The notes: generated by a model from the letters alone, not told the origin. 33,604 bases of DNA from an uncultured Chlorobiaceae bacterium (GCA_903904495.1 CAIVCU010000378.1:1-33604); one strand, 5' to 3'; counted from the stretch's first letter, positions 19,770-30,028 are shown. Numbers and translations are program-made.

Positions 19770-20875
19770 TATCTGAGTTTTAAGGTCATGAGGCTTACAA
19801 GAAAAAAGAGAATTGATATAATCCAGAACCGTATCACAATCTTCTGCTCCGCCCACCCTTTCAGCTGAAAGTGGTGATGCAGAGGTGCCATAAGAAAAAT
19901 TCTCCGTCCCTGTCCAAACCGCATTTTCGTGTATTTGAAATAGAGTACCTGCAGGGAGACAGAGAGTGTTTCCATCACAAAAACACCTGCAATCACCGGC
20001 AGAAGCAGCTCCTGTTTGATCAATAGAGCGATTACCGCAATAGCGCTTCCGAGAGCAAGAGATCCGGTATCACCCATGATAATCTCAGCCGGATTCGAGT
20101 TATACCACAAAAAGCCTACACAGGCCATGACAATCGCCATGCTTACAACGGCAACTTCACCTCCTCCGGGAATAAACGGAATATTGAGGTAGACGGCATA
20201 GACGGCGTTTCCCGCCAGGTAGGAAAACCCTCCAAGACCGGTCACCACAATAGCGGAAGTACCTGCAGCAAGACCATCAAGTCCGTCTGTCAGATTCACG
20301 GCATTCGATACTGCTGTAATAATGAACATGACGATCGGTATATAAAAAACCCCGTAGTCAAGAATCAGATTTTTGAAAAACGGCACCGTTGTCCTCGAAA
20401 GCAACACCGAAAAAGCAGGATCAAACCAGGTGTACAGCCCGATAATAAGGCCCAGAGAGATCTGCCCGATAAGCTTGTAACGGGCCGAAAGGCCGCCTTT
20501 GATTTTAAGCACCACTTTCCGGTAATCATCAACAAACCCGATCCCCCCCATCCAGAGCATCGCCAGCATGATAAGCCAGACATGTGGATCATTGAATTTC
20601 GACCAGAGCAGCACAGAAATTTCAACGGAAAAAATAATAAGCAGCCCTCCCATCGTAGGCAGCTCTTTTTTCTTTTTATGTTCAGGAGGCGCCTCCTCCT
20701 TGACCGGCTCAATGAACCGGGTTTTCAGATATCTGATAAATCCGGGACCGAAAAACAGGCTGATCAACAACGCCGTAATCGCAGCAGCGCTTGCCCTGAA
20801 GGTGAGATACTCAACAACACGGAGCACAGGAGGGTGAAACACATCGTTGATATACTTTAACAAATAATAAAACAT
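19769..20875 (-). CDS. mraY: Phospho-N-acetylmuramoyl-pentapeptide transferase
   Basis: Motifs [34 protein letters not shown] and MAPLHHHF. Confidence 0.98.
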   Translation of the reverse strand: MFYYLLKYINDVFHPPVLRVVEYLTFRASAAAITALLISLFFGPGFIRYLKTRFIEPVKEEAPPEHKKKKELPTMGGLLIIFSVEISVLLWSKFNDPHVWLIMLAMLWMGGIGFVDDYRKVVLKIKGGLSARYKLIGQISLGLIIGLYTWFDPAFSVLLSRTTVPFFKNLILDYGVFYIPIVMFIITAVSNAVNLTDGLDGLAAGTSAIVVTGLGGFSYLAGNAVYAVYLNIPFIPGGGEVAVVSMAIVMACVGFLWYNSNPAEIIMGDTGSLALGSAIAVIALLIKQELLLPVIAGVFVMETLSVSLQVLYFKYTKMRFGQGRRIFLMAPLHHHFQLKGWAEQKIVIRFWIISILFFLVSLMTLKLR

Positions 20876-20884
20876 ACCGTATTC

Positions 20885-22306
20885 TTAACTGATTATGGTT
20901 CGTGCGTTGATAAGCGCTTCGACAACAGTCTCAAGCCTCATGCCCCTTGATCCCTTGAAAAGCAGGGCATCACCATCCTCCACCACATCAAGCAAGGCAG
21001 CCAGAAGTTTTTCGCGGCTCTCAAAATGACCAAGAGAGCAGACGGAAGCCTCACTGCATATCAACCTCGACTTTTCGCCATAGCAGAACAACATGTCAAC
21101 CCGGCTCTGCTGAATATACCTGCCGATAGTTTCATGTTCAACATCTGCCGCCGCTCCAAGTTCAAGCATATCACCCAGCACGGCAACCCTTCTGCCACTG
21201 CACGGCATATCACAAAGAGCATTGATCGCCAGACGCATTGAATCCGAATTGGCGTTGTAGGTATCATTCAGAATCCTGATCCCGCCACGGTCGATGACTT
21301 CAAGCCGTTTCCAGCCTTCTGCAGGAATAAGAGCCTCAAGCCCCGTCCTGATCCGGCGCATGGAAAGACCGAACTGCAGTCCGACGGACGCCGCCGCGAC
21401 AGCATTGATGACATTGTGCTTCCCGGTAAAATTCAGGGTGACCTTTTCTGAGCCGGAAGCCGAACATAAAAAAAATGAAACACGGCCATCCCCCTCCACC
21501 GAAATATCCCGGCTCCAGCAGGTGTTCATTGAACTGTCACTGGTTCCGTAACTGATGCTTCCTGCCAGCCCCTCTCCAGCAGCCCTCAGCCGGGGATCGT
21601 CATCGTTCACAAAAACGATTCCACCGCTCCTCCTAAGATCATCGAAAAGCTTCAGTTCAGCTTTCGCCACTCCGTCAAGATCAAAAAGAAACTCAAGATG
21701 CTCATGGCCGATATTGGTCAGCAGCCCGTGTGTAGGTTTCCCTATGTCGCAAAGGAGTTCCATCTCTTCCGGATGGTTGATCCCCATCTCGACAACAGCG
21801 ATACCGGTATCCTGCCTGAGCTGAAAAAGCGTGAGGGGAACGCCCAGATGATTGTTCCTGTTGCCCCTGCTCATTTGAACCTTGAACCCGGTTTCCAGTA
21901 CCGATGCAACCATCTCCTTTGTTGTGGTCTTTCCATTACTGCCCCCTATAGCCACAACAGGAATTGAAAACGTACTGCGGTATATCGCCGCAAGCTGCTG
22001 CAATCCTTCAGCAGGATACTCCGTAACAATAAATCCTTTTCCAGCGGGTGGCGCCTCTGACCCCTGAGCCTCAAACCAGTCACAGCTGACCATAGCCCAG
22101 CTTGCACCATTATCAAAAACGCTGCCGATATATCGGTGTCCGTCTGTTTTCTCCCCCTTGAGGGCAACAAACAGCTCTCCACCCTGCACTTCTCTTGAAT
22201 CAATAACCACCTTCGGATCGGCAATATCCAGGGGCACAGAGCCCTCTCCTGCCATGACAACCTCTCCGACAGTTCGAAAATCATTAACGCTCAAAACTCC
22301 TGTCAC
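20885..22306 (-). CDS. murF: UDP-MurNAc-tripeptide--D-Ala-D-Ala ligase
   Basis: Motifs DSR, GSNGKTTTKE, NNHLGVPLT, EMG.NH, NDTYNAN, LGDMLELG and KGSRGM. GTG start with AGGAG SD. Confidence 0.97.
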   Translation of the reverse strand: MTGVLSVNDFRTVGEVVMAGEGSVPLDIADPKVVIDSREVQGGELFVALKGEKTDGHRYIGSVFDNGASWAMVSCDWFEAQGSEAPPAGKGFIVTEYPAEGLQQLAAIYRSTFSIPVVAIGGSNGKTTTKEMVASVLETGFKVQMSRGNRNNHLGVPLTLFQLRQDTGIAVVEMGINHPEEMELLCDIGKPTHGLLTNIGHEHLEFLFDLDGVAKAELKLFDDLRRSGGIVFVNDDDPRLRAAGEGLAGSISYGTSDSSMNTCWSRDISVEGDGRVSFFLCSASGSEKVTLNFTGKHNVINAVAAASVGLQFGLSMRRIRTGLEALIPAEGWKRLEVIDRGGIRILNDTYNANSDSMRLAINALCDMPCSGRRVAVLGDMLELGAAADVEHETIGRYIQQSRVDMLFCYGEKSRLICSEASVCSLGHFESREKLLAALLDVVEDGDALLFKGSRGMRLETVVEALINARTIIS

Positions 22307-22338
22307 TCATTCTCCTTCTCCGGATACCCGGAACAATG

Positions 22339-23862
22339 TTACTGCATATACTTTTTTATCAGCTCCTGATCCGAAAAGAAATATTTCCTGCCGGCAATCT
22401 CCTGATACTTTTCATGGCCTTTCCCCACAACCAGTAGAATATCCCCCCGATTGAGCATCGAAACGCCCCTCCGGATTGCTTCAGTCCGGTCACTGATTCG
22501 CATGTAATGACCACTGACAATGCCCCGTTCAATCTCATCAAGAATGGTGTCGGGATCCTCATCCCGCGGATTGTCAGAGGTAACAATAACCTCATCGGCT
22601 ATTTCCGAAGCAATACGGCCCATTTCAGGCCGCTTCCCCTTATCCCTGTTGCCACCGCACCCGAAAACCACAACAAGACGTGAGCCCTCCGGCTTAAGCT
22701 CCCGAAGGGCACCAAGCGCCTTATAAAGCGCATCAGGGGTATGGGCATAGTCAACAAAAGCGCTCCACCCCGTACTGCTGTCGCCAACTCTCTCCATGCG
22801 TCCGTCAACCGCCGAAACTGCCGAAAGGGAGCTGCATATCTCTTCCGGCGCAACACCCATTCCCGCTCCGACTGCTGCCGCCTCAAGCACATTCATAACA
22901 TTGAAAAGCCCGGGAAGTCTCACCTTCATATCAATACTGGCATCAGGAAAATGAAGGGCTATCGCACTGCAGGCAATGCTTCGCTCGATAATATCGGCTT
23001 TAAAAAGCCTGCCGCAGGTCATTGGCGGACGAACACCGTCCTGCAGGGTACAACAGTATATTTTTTCCCGCTCCACCCTCGCAGCCATCTGAGAGGCATG
23101 AGAGTCATCACCGTTAAACACCCCGAACCCGCCCGGAGCAAGCTGATCAAAAAGCTGCTGCTTGGCCGACGCATACTCCTGCATGGTGGTATGAAAGTCA
23201 AGGTGCTCCCTAGTCAGGTTGGTAAACACTGCCGCATGAAACCTGATACCGTACACTCTCTTTAAAACGAGAGCATGGGACGACACCTCCATCACCACCG
23301 CCCGGCATCCAGCCTCAAGCATCTGGCTGAAAAAAGCATGAAGACCATGCGCCTCAGGAGTAGTGCGGTCAAGCGAAATCTCCCGATCTCCAATCCTGCA
23401 GAGATTGGTCCCGATATACCCTGCAGATATCCCGTTGGCATTGAGCATTGCTGTAATAAGCTTTGCCGTGGTGGTTTTTCCGTTTGTACCCGTAACCCCG
23501 ATAATCAGCAACCTGTCAGAAGCCTTTCCATAAAAAATACGGGCAGCCTCCGCCAGAGCAATCCGCGCATCTGAAACAGTGATATAGAGGCACAACTGAC
23601 TGGTCCCGGCGGGAAGCTCCTCACAGATAACCGCTGCAGCTCCGTTCAGTATGGCACTCTCGATAAACCGGTGCCCATCAGCACAATACCCTCTCACTGC
23701 CACAAAGAGCGATCCGGGAACCACCTCCCGCGAATCACTGGTCACCATGCAGATTGTCCGGTCGGCTTTTGTATTGCCTGCAAGTGCACTATAGGTAATC
23801 CCCGTCAGCAGCTCCTGCAGCGGCAGCTCATGACGGAAGGAACTCTCCTTCAGGGCAGCCAT
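22339..23862 (-). CDS. murE: UDP-MurNAc-dipeptide--meso-diaminopimelate ligase
   Basis: Motifs TGTNGKTT, MEVSSHAL, DYAHTPD, FGCGGNRD, DNPR (meso-DAP-type) and GKGHE. Confidence 0.97.
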   Translation of the reverse strand: MAALKESSFRHELPLQELLTGITYSALAGNTKADRTICMVTSDSREVVPGSLFVAVRGYCADGHRFIESAILNGAAAVICEELPAGTSQLCLYITVSDARIALAEAARIFYGKASDRLLIIGVTGTNGKTTTAKLITAMLNANGISAGYIGTNLCRIGDREISLDRTTPEAHGLHAFFSQMLEAGCRAVVMEVSSHALVLKRVYGIRFHAAVFTNLTREHLDFHTTMQEYASAKQQLFDQLAPGGFGVFNGDDSHASQMAARVEREKIYCCTLQDGVRPPMTCGRLFKADIIERSIACSAIALHFPDASIDMKVRLPGLFNVMNVLEAAAVGAGMGVAPEEICSSLSAVSAVDGRMERVGDSSTGWSAFVDYAHTPDALYKALGALRELKPEGSRLVVVFGCGGNRDKGKRPEMGRIASEIADEVIVTSDNPRDEDPDTILDEIERGIVSGHYMRISDRTEAIRRGVSMLNRGDILLVVGKGHEKYQEIAGRKYFFSDQELIKKYMQ

Positions 23863-25880
23863 GAGGAGTTTCTTTTCATAGTTGTTGAACCAATCGTCAC
23901 CTTGATAATCGTCTTCTTTTTAACCTTCTGTCCCGGAGCAATACTCTGGCGGGCAACACATCCATCCAAATCTCCCGAAGAATCCATCTCCAGGCTATGC
24001 CACTTCAGCAGCCGCTGGGCATCCCGTGCCTGAAGACCTGTCAGTTCGGGAACGGCAACTGTTGAAACTGAATCAATAGCCGCCTGCTCCGCAGAACGGA
24101 AAGCAAGCTTTTTCTGCATCTCCCCGGAGCAGGCAATCATTCTTGAGGCAATACTTGAAAAAACAGGGGCGGCAACCATTGCGGCATAATAGGCCGTTTT
24201 TGGATTTTCTACAACCACAATAATGGCATAACGGGGAGCTTCAACAGGAAAATACCCGACAAATGAGGCAACATAAGCCGGCTTTGAATACGAGCCGCCG
24301 GCAGCCCGTCTCGCTGTCCCGGTCTTGCCTGCAACGGTAACGCCCGGCACAGCAGCGCTTTTTGCGGTACCGCTGTCCACAACCGCCTTAAAATACTCCT
24401 TGCTGAGATACCTTGCCGTTTGAGGAAGCACCGCTTTCCGGACTGCTTTAGGAGTACTCTCCCATACAACCTTGTTTTCAGCATTGATAACCTTTTTTAT
24501 AATATATGGTCTCATCAGCTGCCCGTCGTTAGCCATGGCCGCATAAGCCTGCAAAATCTGCAGAGGAGTAGCCATAATTTGATAGCCATATCCCATCCAG
24601 GGCAGCGTGGTTCTGTCCCACCGGTCAAGAGGCCGGACCCTTCCCGGCGACTCACCGATCAGTCCGATGCCTGTTTTCCGTCCAAACCCGTAATTCATCG
24701 TATAGGCATAGAACTTCTCGCTCCCCACAGCCATTGCGGTCTTAGCAGCGACAATATTGCTTGAATACATGATAGCTTCACGGAACGATATATTTCCGTA
24801 TGGTTCATGGTCCCTGATAAACAGATTATAGATCGGCATAATACCCCTCATGCCGTTCACCCTGTCTTCCGCTTTTCTTTTCAGAACTTCTGTAGCCGCA
24901 GATGCCATGATCAGTTTAAAGGTTGAACCCGGTTCATAACTGTCTGTTACAGCGCGGTTGCGCGACTTGTCGGCAGACCAGGTCGATCGCTGGTTAAGAT
25001 CAAAGGTCGGGTTGTTGGCCATAGCAATGATCTCCCCGGTATGAACATCCATGACAATGCTCGAAGAGGCATCAGCCTGGAACTTATTGACCGCCTTTGC
25101 AAGCTCATCCTCAACGATGCTTTGAATATCGGCATCGATAGTCAGCTGAACACTGTTGCCTTTTACCGGATCCTGCTGTTTGGCATCAGGCGCGGGATAA
25201 CGCTTCCCATCGGCTGACCTCTGATAAATTTTCGTCCCGTCAATGCCTTTCAGCTCCCTGTTGAGCTGCAGTTCAAGCCCGCTGCTCCCCTCGTTTTTGT
25301 TGTCTGTACCACCAATCACCTGAGCCGCAACGTTGAGGTAATAACGCTGCTGATCTTTGTCAAACCATACTCCCGGAATCTTTTCCTGCATGAGAGGCAG
25401 TGCTTTCACAACGGGTATTTTCCTGCCCAGCACCGCCACCCCTGTCCTTCGATGCAGCTCTTTAAGGTAAACGCCCTTATTGCCTCCTAAATGCTTCACA
25501 AAAATGGCTGCAACAGCCCCTGAGTTATCATAAACCCTCTGCTTCCGGGTAGTCTTATCAATAACCGACTTGCCTTTATCATTAAAGAGCGGGGTATTGC
25601 GGACAATTGCGGGTTCAGCATAGAAGGAAATGGATTCAATACTTTCAGCCAGCATGCGTGCCTGACGGTCAAGAATAACTCCCCTCTGCGCTTTCTCAGT
25701 GATCACACGCTCATACTGCCGGGCTGCTTTCTGCCTGTATTTTTTAACATTGAAAACCTGGATATTAAGCAGCATTGCAATGATGGCTGCTATAAAAACC
25801 GCAAAAACTGCAACCAGAATGCCAAGCCGCTTACCGAACTCATGATCATCCCTGCTCTGGATATTACGAGGATCATTCAT
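23850..25880 (-). CDS. ftsI: Division transpeptidase FtsI/PBP3 (class B PBP) with C-terminal PASTA domain
   Basis: N-terminal TM, RGVILDR, GLE, and catalytic motifs SxxK (GSTFK), SxN (SSN) and KTG; dcw position. Confidence 0.93.
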   Translation of the reverse strand: MNDPRNIQSRDDHEFGKRLGILVAVFAVFIAAIIAMLLNIQVFNVKKYRQKAARQYERVITEKAQRGVILDRQARMLAESIESISFYAEPAIVRNTPLFNDKGKSVIDKTTRKQRVYDNSGAVAAIFVKHLGGNKGVYLKELHRRTGVAVLGRKIPVVKALPLMQEKIPGVWFDKDQQRYYLNVAAQVIGGTDNKNEGSSGLELQLNRELKGIDGTKIYQRSADGKRYPAPDAKQQDPVKGNSVQLTIDADIQSIVEDELAKAVNKFQADASSSIVMDVHTGEIIAMANNPTFDLNQRSTWSADKSRNRAVTDSYEPGSTFKLIMASAATEVLKRKAEDRVNGMRGIMPIYNLFIRDHEPYGNISFREAIMYSSNIVAAKTAMAVGSEKFYAYTMNYGFGRKTGIGLIGESPGRVRPLDRWDRTTLPWMGYGYQIMATPLQILQAYAAMANDGQLMRPYIIKKVINAENKVVWESTPKAVRKAVLPQTARYLSKEYFKAVVDSGTAKSAAVPGVTVAGKTGTARRAAGGSYSKPAYVASFVGYFPVEAPRYAIIVVVENPKTAYYAAMVAAPVFSSIASRMIACSGEMQKKLAFRSAEQAAIDSVSTVAVPELTGLQARDAQRLLKWHSLEMDSSGDLDGCVARQSIAPGQKVKKKTIIKVTIGSTTMKRNSSWLP

Positions 25881-25908
25881 GAGTCCCCCTTTATGTGGTC
25901 AGCAACAT

Positions 25909-26394
25909 TCACGGCTCAAGTTCAACCGGGGGAGCACTGGACATTGTAAGCCCGAGTGAGGCTGCATCCTGAGCGATATTGTGAATACTGTGCAGTTCAT
26001 GCACTTTCAGATCCTGTGATGTAATCACGCTCGCGGACATCTGTATCTGCTCGCGAATTTTTTCATTCTGCAGGGCAAGATTCTTTATGGCGAGAGTGTT
26101 ATAGGTCTGAAAAAGAAAAATTCCTGTCCCGGCAAGAAGATAGACAAATGTCCTCAGTCGCAACAGCACACCGATATCAAATTTCAGCGTATTGCTGACC
26201 AGCTCCTTAAACCCGGATTCTTTGAATCCGTTACCAGCACCTCCGGCCTGAAAGTCATCCCCGGTGAGAGCTATCTCTTCCACCCCGCCGTATCGACCGG
26301 CAACAGCCGCCTCGGCAGGCATCTTTGTCCTGAACCCTTTGAGGCGCTCTGAAAGAGTGCTTAAAGCATCAAAAAAAGCATTATTGCCATTCAC
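25909..26394 (-). CDS. FtsL-like bitopic cell division protein
   Basis: Sits between rsmH and ftsI. It has one TM (VYLLAGTGIFLF), a short coiled coil and a C-terminal 'I...A..LGL' pattern. GTG at 26394 is preceded by GGAGG. Confidence 0.7.
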   Translation of the reverse strand: MNGNNAFFDALSTLSERLKGFRTKMPAEAAVAGRYGGVEEIALTGDDFQAGGAGNGFKESGFKELVSNTLKFDIGVLLRLRTFVYLLAGTGIFLFQTYNTLAIKNLALQNEKIREQIQMSASVITSQDLKVHELHSIHNIAQDAASLGLTMSSAPPVELEP

Positions 26395-27373
26395 TGTGAC
26401 CTCCCTGTGAAAGTTTTTCAATGACCCTCAATTTCGCACTTCTTGCTCTCGGGTTTGCATCTGTCTCTTCCTGTGTCGCGACAAGAGGTTTTCGGGTTAC
26501 GAGCGAGATGCTGCCCCGTTCGAGAGGCTCCCTCAAACCGACCCCTTTGGGGCCCCAATCGCTCTTTGCTTTCTCGGCAAAAACGGTTTTCACGATCCTG
26601 TCCTCGAGAGAGTGATAACTGATTACCGCCATCCGGCCATGTTCATCAAGGCTTTCAATGCCATCATAAAGCACCCTGCGAAGCACCTCAAGCTCACTGT
26701 TCACCTCAATTCGCAATGCCTGAAATACTCTTGAGAGGGTCTTGATGATCTTATCCGTTCCGGTGAAGTTGCCGCGGATAATGTCGGCAAGCTCCTGTGT
26801 CCTGTTTACCGGCCCATGGTCAAGCCTGTAAGTTACTATTGACTTTGCGATACTGCGGCTTCTCGGCTCTTCACCATACCGGTAGATAAGCCTTGCCAGC
26901 TCCTTCTCGTCATACGTGTTGATAATTTCTGCTGCACTTACCGGCGAATCCATGTCCATCCTCATATCAAGAGGCCCATCCCGCAGATAACTGAACCCCC
27001 GTTCAGCCGTGTCAATCTGAAACGACGATACCCCCAGATCCAGCAGAATACCTGCAACCTTAGGCTTTAACCCTTTTTCGCTGCATACCCTCTGGACGAT
27101 ACTCTCGATTGCCTGAAAATTCCCTTTAGCCAGTACCGTACTCGCTTCATACTCCTTGAGCTTATCGGCAGCCGCCCGTAAAGCCGCATCATCCTGGTCA
27201 ATGCCTATGAGTACCGACCCTTCGCGCGCACCCGCCTCATCGAGAGCTCGAAGAATCGCCAGCGAATGACCTCCGCCGCCAAGAGTCCCGTCAACATATA
27301 TCCCGGGTTTTCTGACAAGGAATGCAATAATCTCGGCAGCAAGTACCGGCTCGTGATATATATCTTGTACCAT
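26381..27373 (-). CDS. rsmH: 16S rRNA m4C1402 methyltransferase RsmH (MraW)
   Basis: Motifs HEPVL, DGTLGGGGHS, DLGVSSFQID, GPLDMRM, FQALRIEVN, SYHSLEDRIVK and NPRARSAKLR. Confidence 0.98.
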   Translation of the reverse strand: MVQDIYHEPVLAAEIIAFLVRKPGIYVDGTLGGGGHSLAILRALDEAGAREGSVLIGIDQDDAALRAAADKLKEYEASTVLAKGNFQAIESIVQRVCSEKGLKPKVAGILLDLGVSSFQIDTAERGFSYLRDGPLDMRMDMDSPVSAAEIINTYDEKELARLIYRYGEEPRSRSIAKSIVTYRLDHGPVNRTQELADIIRGNFTGTDKIIKTLSRVFQALRIEVNSELEVLRRVLYDGIESLDEHGRMAVISYHSLEDRIVKTVFAEKAKSDWGPKGVGLREPLERGSISLVTRKPLVATQEETDANPRARSAKLRVIEKLSQGGHSEWQ

Positions 27374-27378
27374 CGGCG

Positions 27379-27849
27379 TTAAAAATACCTTCCTGCGAGA
27401 GACGCAAATCTACTTTCACTCTCCCGCAAAACACCGAGAAGTCGCTCCGGATCCCAGATAATCATTTTTGTATCAGCACCTATAATCACAACGTCTTTTG
27501 TAATCCCCGCATGTTCAAGAAATTCCCTTGACAGCGCAATCCTTCCCTGGCGGTCAAGATCAACAGTATCAAGGCTTTCATACATCAATATCTTCAGCAG
27601 ACGCTCTTCGGGGTTGAAATCAGAAAGAGCAGAGATGGTTTTTCCCATGTCAGCCCAGATGAACGGCTCATAAAGTTCAAGTGAGCGGTCAGGCGCTTTC
27701 ATAATGAACAGTCCTTCTGAATGCCCGTCAGCTTTCCCCTCAACACCCGCTTCAGCACCCATGCCGAACCTTTTTCGAAACCTGGCAGGTATCATCAATC
27801 GCCCTTTCTCATCAACGGCATGTCTCTCTTTTCCTATAAAGCCGGCCAT
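27379..27849 (-). CDS. mraZ: Division/cell wall cluster transcriptional regulator MraZ
   Basis: Two DxxGR motifs (DEKGRLMIPARFR and DRQGRI); first gene of the dcw cluster. Confidence 0.95.
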   Translation of the reverse strand: MAGFIGKERHAVDEKGRLMIPARFRKRFGMGAEAGVEGKADGHSEGLFIMKAPDRSLELYEPFIWADMGKTISALSDFNPEERLLKILMYESLDTVDLDRQGRIALSREFLEHAGITKDVVIIGADTKMIIWDPERLLGVLRESESRFASLAGRYF

Positions 27850-27960
27850 GATGATAATTGAGTTAGCTGTCGTTCTGGTGGACTATTCTCCGTAACGCTT
27901 TATTTCGCCTGCGGATTGCCATAAAAAAAGGAAAACACCATGGAGAGAGAGCGTTTCCAC

Positions 27961-27984
27961 CCATTTTTTACCACTACTCACCAC
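27961..27984 (-). promoter_or_regulatory. Putative MraZ-binding direct repeats
   Basis: The minus strand reads GTGG-tgagta-GTGG-taaaaa-ATGG with a 10-nt period, about 110 nt upstream of mraZ. This resembles the (G)TGG repeat boxes bound by MraZ in E. coli and B. subtilis. Confidence 0.65.
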
Positions 27985-28074
27985 TCAAAATGTATAAAAA
28001 AAGGATGCACTAAAAAAAATATTCCGCTATTTTATACATGAGCAGCTACGTATATTTTAAAGGCAGATGTCACC

Positions 28075-28602
28075 ATGGTTAGAGGACGAAACGAAATTGT
28101 GGTTGACGGATACAATTTACTGCATAAGCTGTACCCCTCTCCTGATTCGGTATCACTTGATGTTCTGCGTCAGGAGACAGAAAAACAGCTGCTCTGTTTT
28201 CAGCAGGAAACCGGTTGCCCGGTCACCGTTGTTTACGATGGAAAAGGCGGACCCAGGGAGAGTGCTTCCGGTGCGCCGCTCCATATTGTTTTTACGCCTG
28301 CTGCTAAAAGCGCCGATTTATGGATCATTGATTACGTAAAATCGTTGAACACCAAAGTAAAAATGGTTACTATTGTAAGTTCGGACGACGAGATTCGCAG
28401 GTATGCAACAGCATTCGGTGCAAGGTGCATTAAATCCGAGGCATTTGCACTCCGGCTCACAAAAAACAGTTGCGCCTCTCAGGAAAACAAACACACCCAA
28501 TCCAGGCATATTTCGTTCAAAGAGAAAAAATTCAACGAAAAATTGCTGAGCGACCGGGAAGTTGACCGATGGATGAAGCTCTTCAGTCGCGACAAATCTT
28601 AA
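28075..28602 (+). CDS. NYN-domain (YacP/Rae1-like) PIN-fold ribonuclease
   Basis: VVDGYNLL, VVYDG, SAD.WI and IVSSDDEI match the acidic PIN/NYN_YacP pattern. Confidence 0.85.
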   Translation: MVRGRNEIVVDGYNLLHKLYPSPDSVSLDVLRQETEKQLLCFQQETGCPVTVVYDGKGGPRESASGAPLHIVFTPAAKSADLWIIDYVKSLNTKVKMVTIVSSDDEIRRYATAFGARCIKSEAFALRLTKNSCASQENKHTQSRHISFKEKKFNEKLLSDREVDRWMKLFSRDKS

Positions 28603-28672
28603 GCACATCCCGTCACAATTTCTTATACTCTGGTCCGGTTTCGATAAGCTTTATTTAACTACAGTCATCACT

Positions 28673-28999
28673 ATGTCAGACAGCTCAATAAACAATACCG
28701 CGCATTGGCAGGAACTGGAAGAATGGCGAAAGAAAATCGATATCATCGACCAGCAGTTATCCACTCTCCTCTGCGAAAGATTGCATTGCGCTCAGAATAT
28801 CAGCTCCCTGAAATCAAGAATCGGCGAACAGGTACTCCAGCCTGAACGCGAAAAAGAGGTACTGAACAATGTACTCATCCATGCCGACTCGCCACTGACA
28901 GCCTACACGCTGGAAAAAATCTACCGCTGCATCCTTGAAGAGAGCCGCCTTTTACAGCATGAGTGGAAAAACAGTCAGGAAGGCATACATACCAGCTGA
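28673..28999 (+). CDS. Monofunctional chorismate mutase (AroQ/type II)
   Basis: LEEWRKKIDIID..L..LL.ER, K, PERE..VL and ES..LQ retain the AroQ catalytic residue pattern. Confidence 0.88.
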   Translation: MSDSSINNTAHWQELEEWRKKIDIIDQQLSTLLCERLHCAQNISSLKSRIGEQVLQPEREKEVLNNVLIHADSPLTAYTLEKIYRCILEESRLLQHEWKNSQEGIHTS

Positions 29000-29014
29000 C
29001 AGGATTACCTCACC

Positions 29015-30028
29015 ATGGCCTCTAAAAAAACTTCTCCACGTCAACTCTTCATAATTGGCGCAGCAATTCTGCTTAGTGCTCTGGCATCTCTCTTATTGCT
29101 GCCGGGGATCAATACCGCCTCCCGGACCACACCACTGATTGTTCACCGTGGAATGGGCTTCAAAACCATTGTAGATACACTGCTGCGAAACGGCACCATC
29201 AACACCTCGTGGCCGGTGCTCCTGACCGGTCGCCTTATCCCTAGGCTTCACAATATCAAACCGGGCCGCTACTCCATCCCGTCCGGCATGTCCAATTTTT
29301 CCCTTTTATTGTATCTGCACACCCGCAAGCAGGACGAGGTAAGAATCACAATCCCCGAAGGCCTCGACATCCGCCGTGTCGCCCGGCTGCTCTCCCGGAA
29401 CCTTGATATGGATTCAACCGCGGTAATGGAAGCCGCAGCCGATAAACGACTGCTTCGGAAAAACAGCATTACTGCAAATAATGCCGAAGGCTACCTCTTT
29501 CCCGGCACCTACGACTTTGTCTGGGCAAGTACGCCGGATGAAGCTGTGGGATTTCTTATCGGGCGATTCCGGCATTTCTATACCGGTAACGTAAAGGCAG
29601 CTGCAGCATCAGCAGGCTTAACCGAAACCGCATTACTGACGCTGGCTTCTATTGTCGAAGCCGAAACCCCTGTCAATGGAGAAAAACCACTTGTAGCAAG
29701 CGTTTATCTCAACCGCCTTAAACACAACATTCGCCTGCAGGCCGATCCAACCGTCCAATATGCGCTTGGAGGAGCCGCCCGCCGCCTCTTCTACAAAGAT
29801 CTTGCAGCTGACTCTCCGTATAATACCTATCGTCACAGCGGACTTCCTCCCGGTCCCATCTGCAACCCCGGATCAGCGTCGATCATGGCGGTATTGAACC
29901 CTGCGAATACCAGGTACCTCTACTTTGTAGCTACAGGAAAAGGGGGGCACAATTTCGCCGAATCAATCGCGGAGCATGCTGAAAACATCAGAAAATACCG
30001 CATCGCCCGTCGCGACAGCCTGCGATGA
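29015..30028 (+). CDS. mltG: Endolytic transglycosylase MltG (YceG)
   Basis: N-terminal TM, TIPEG, EGYLFPGTY, LASIVEAE (catalytic Glu), LQADPTVQY, SPYNTY..GLPPGPICNPG and YLYFVA. Confidence 0.96.
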   Translation: MASKKTSPRQLFIIGAAILLSALASLLLLPGINTASRTTPLIVHRGMGFKTIVDTLLRNGTINTSWPVLLTGRLIPRLHNIKPGRYSIPSGMSNFSLLLYLHTRKQDEVRITIPEGLDIRRVARLLSRNLDMDSTAVMEAAADKRLLRKNSITANNAEGYLFPGTYDFVWASTPDEAVGFLIGRFRHFYTGNVKAAAASAGLTETALLTLASIVEAETPVNGEKPLVASVYLNRLKHNIRLQADPTVQYALGGAARRLFYKDLAADSPYNTYRHSGLPPGPICNPGSASIMAVLNPANTRYLYFVATGKGGHNFAESIAEHAENIRKYRIARRDSLR

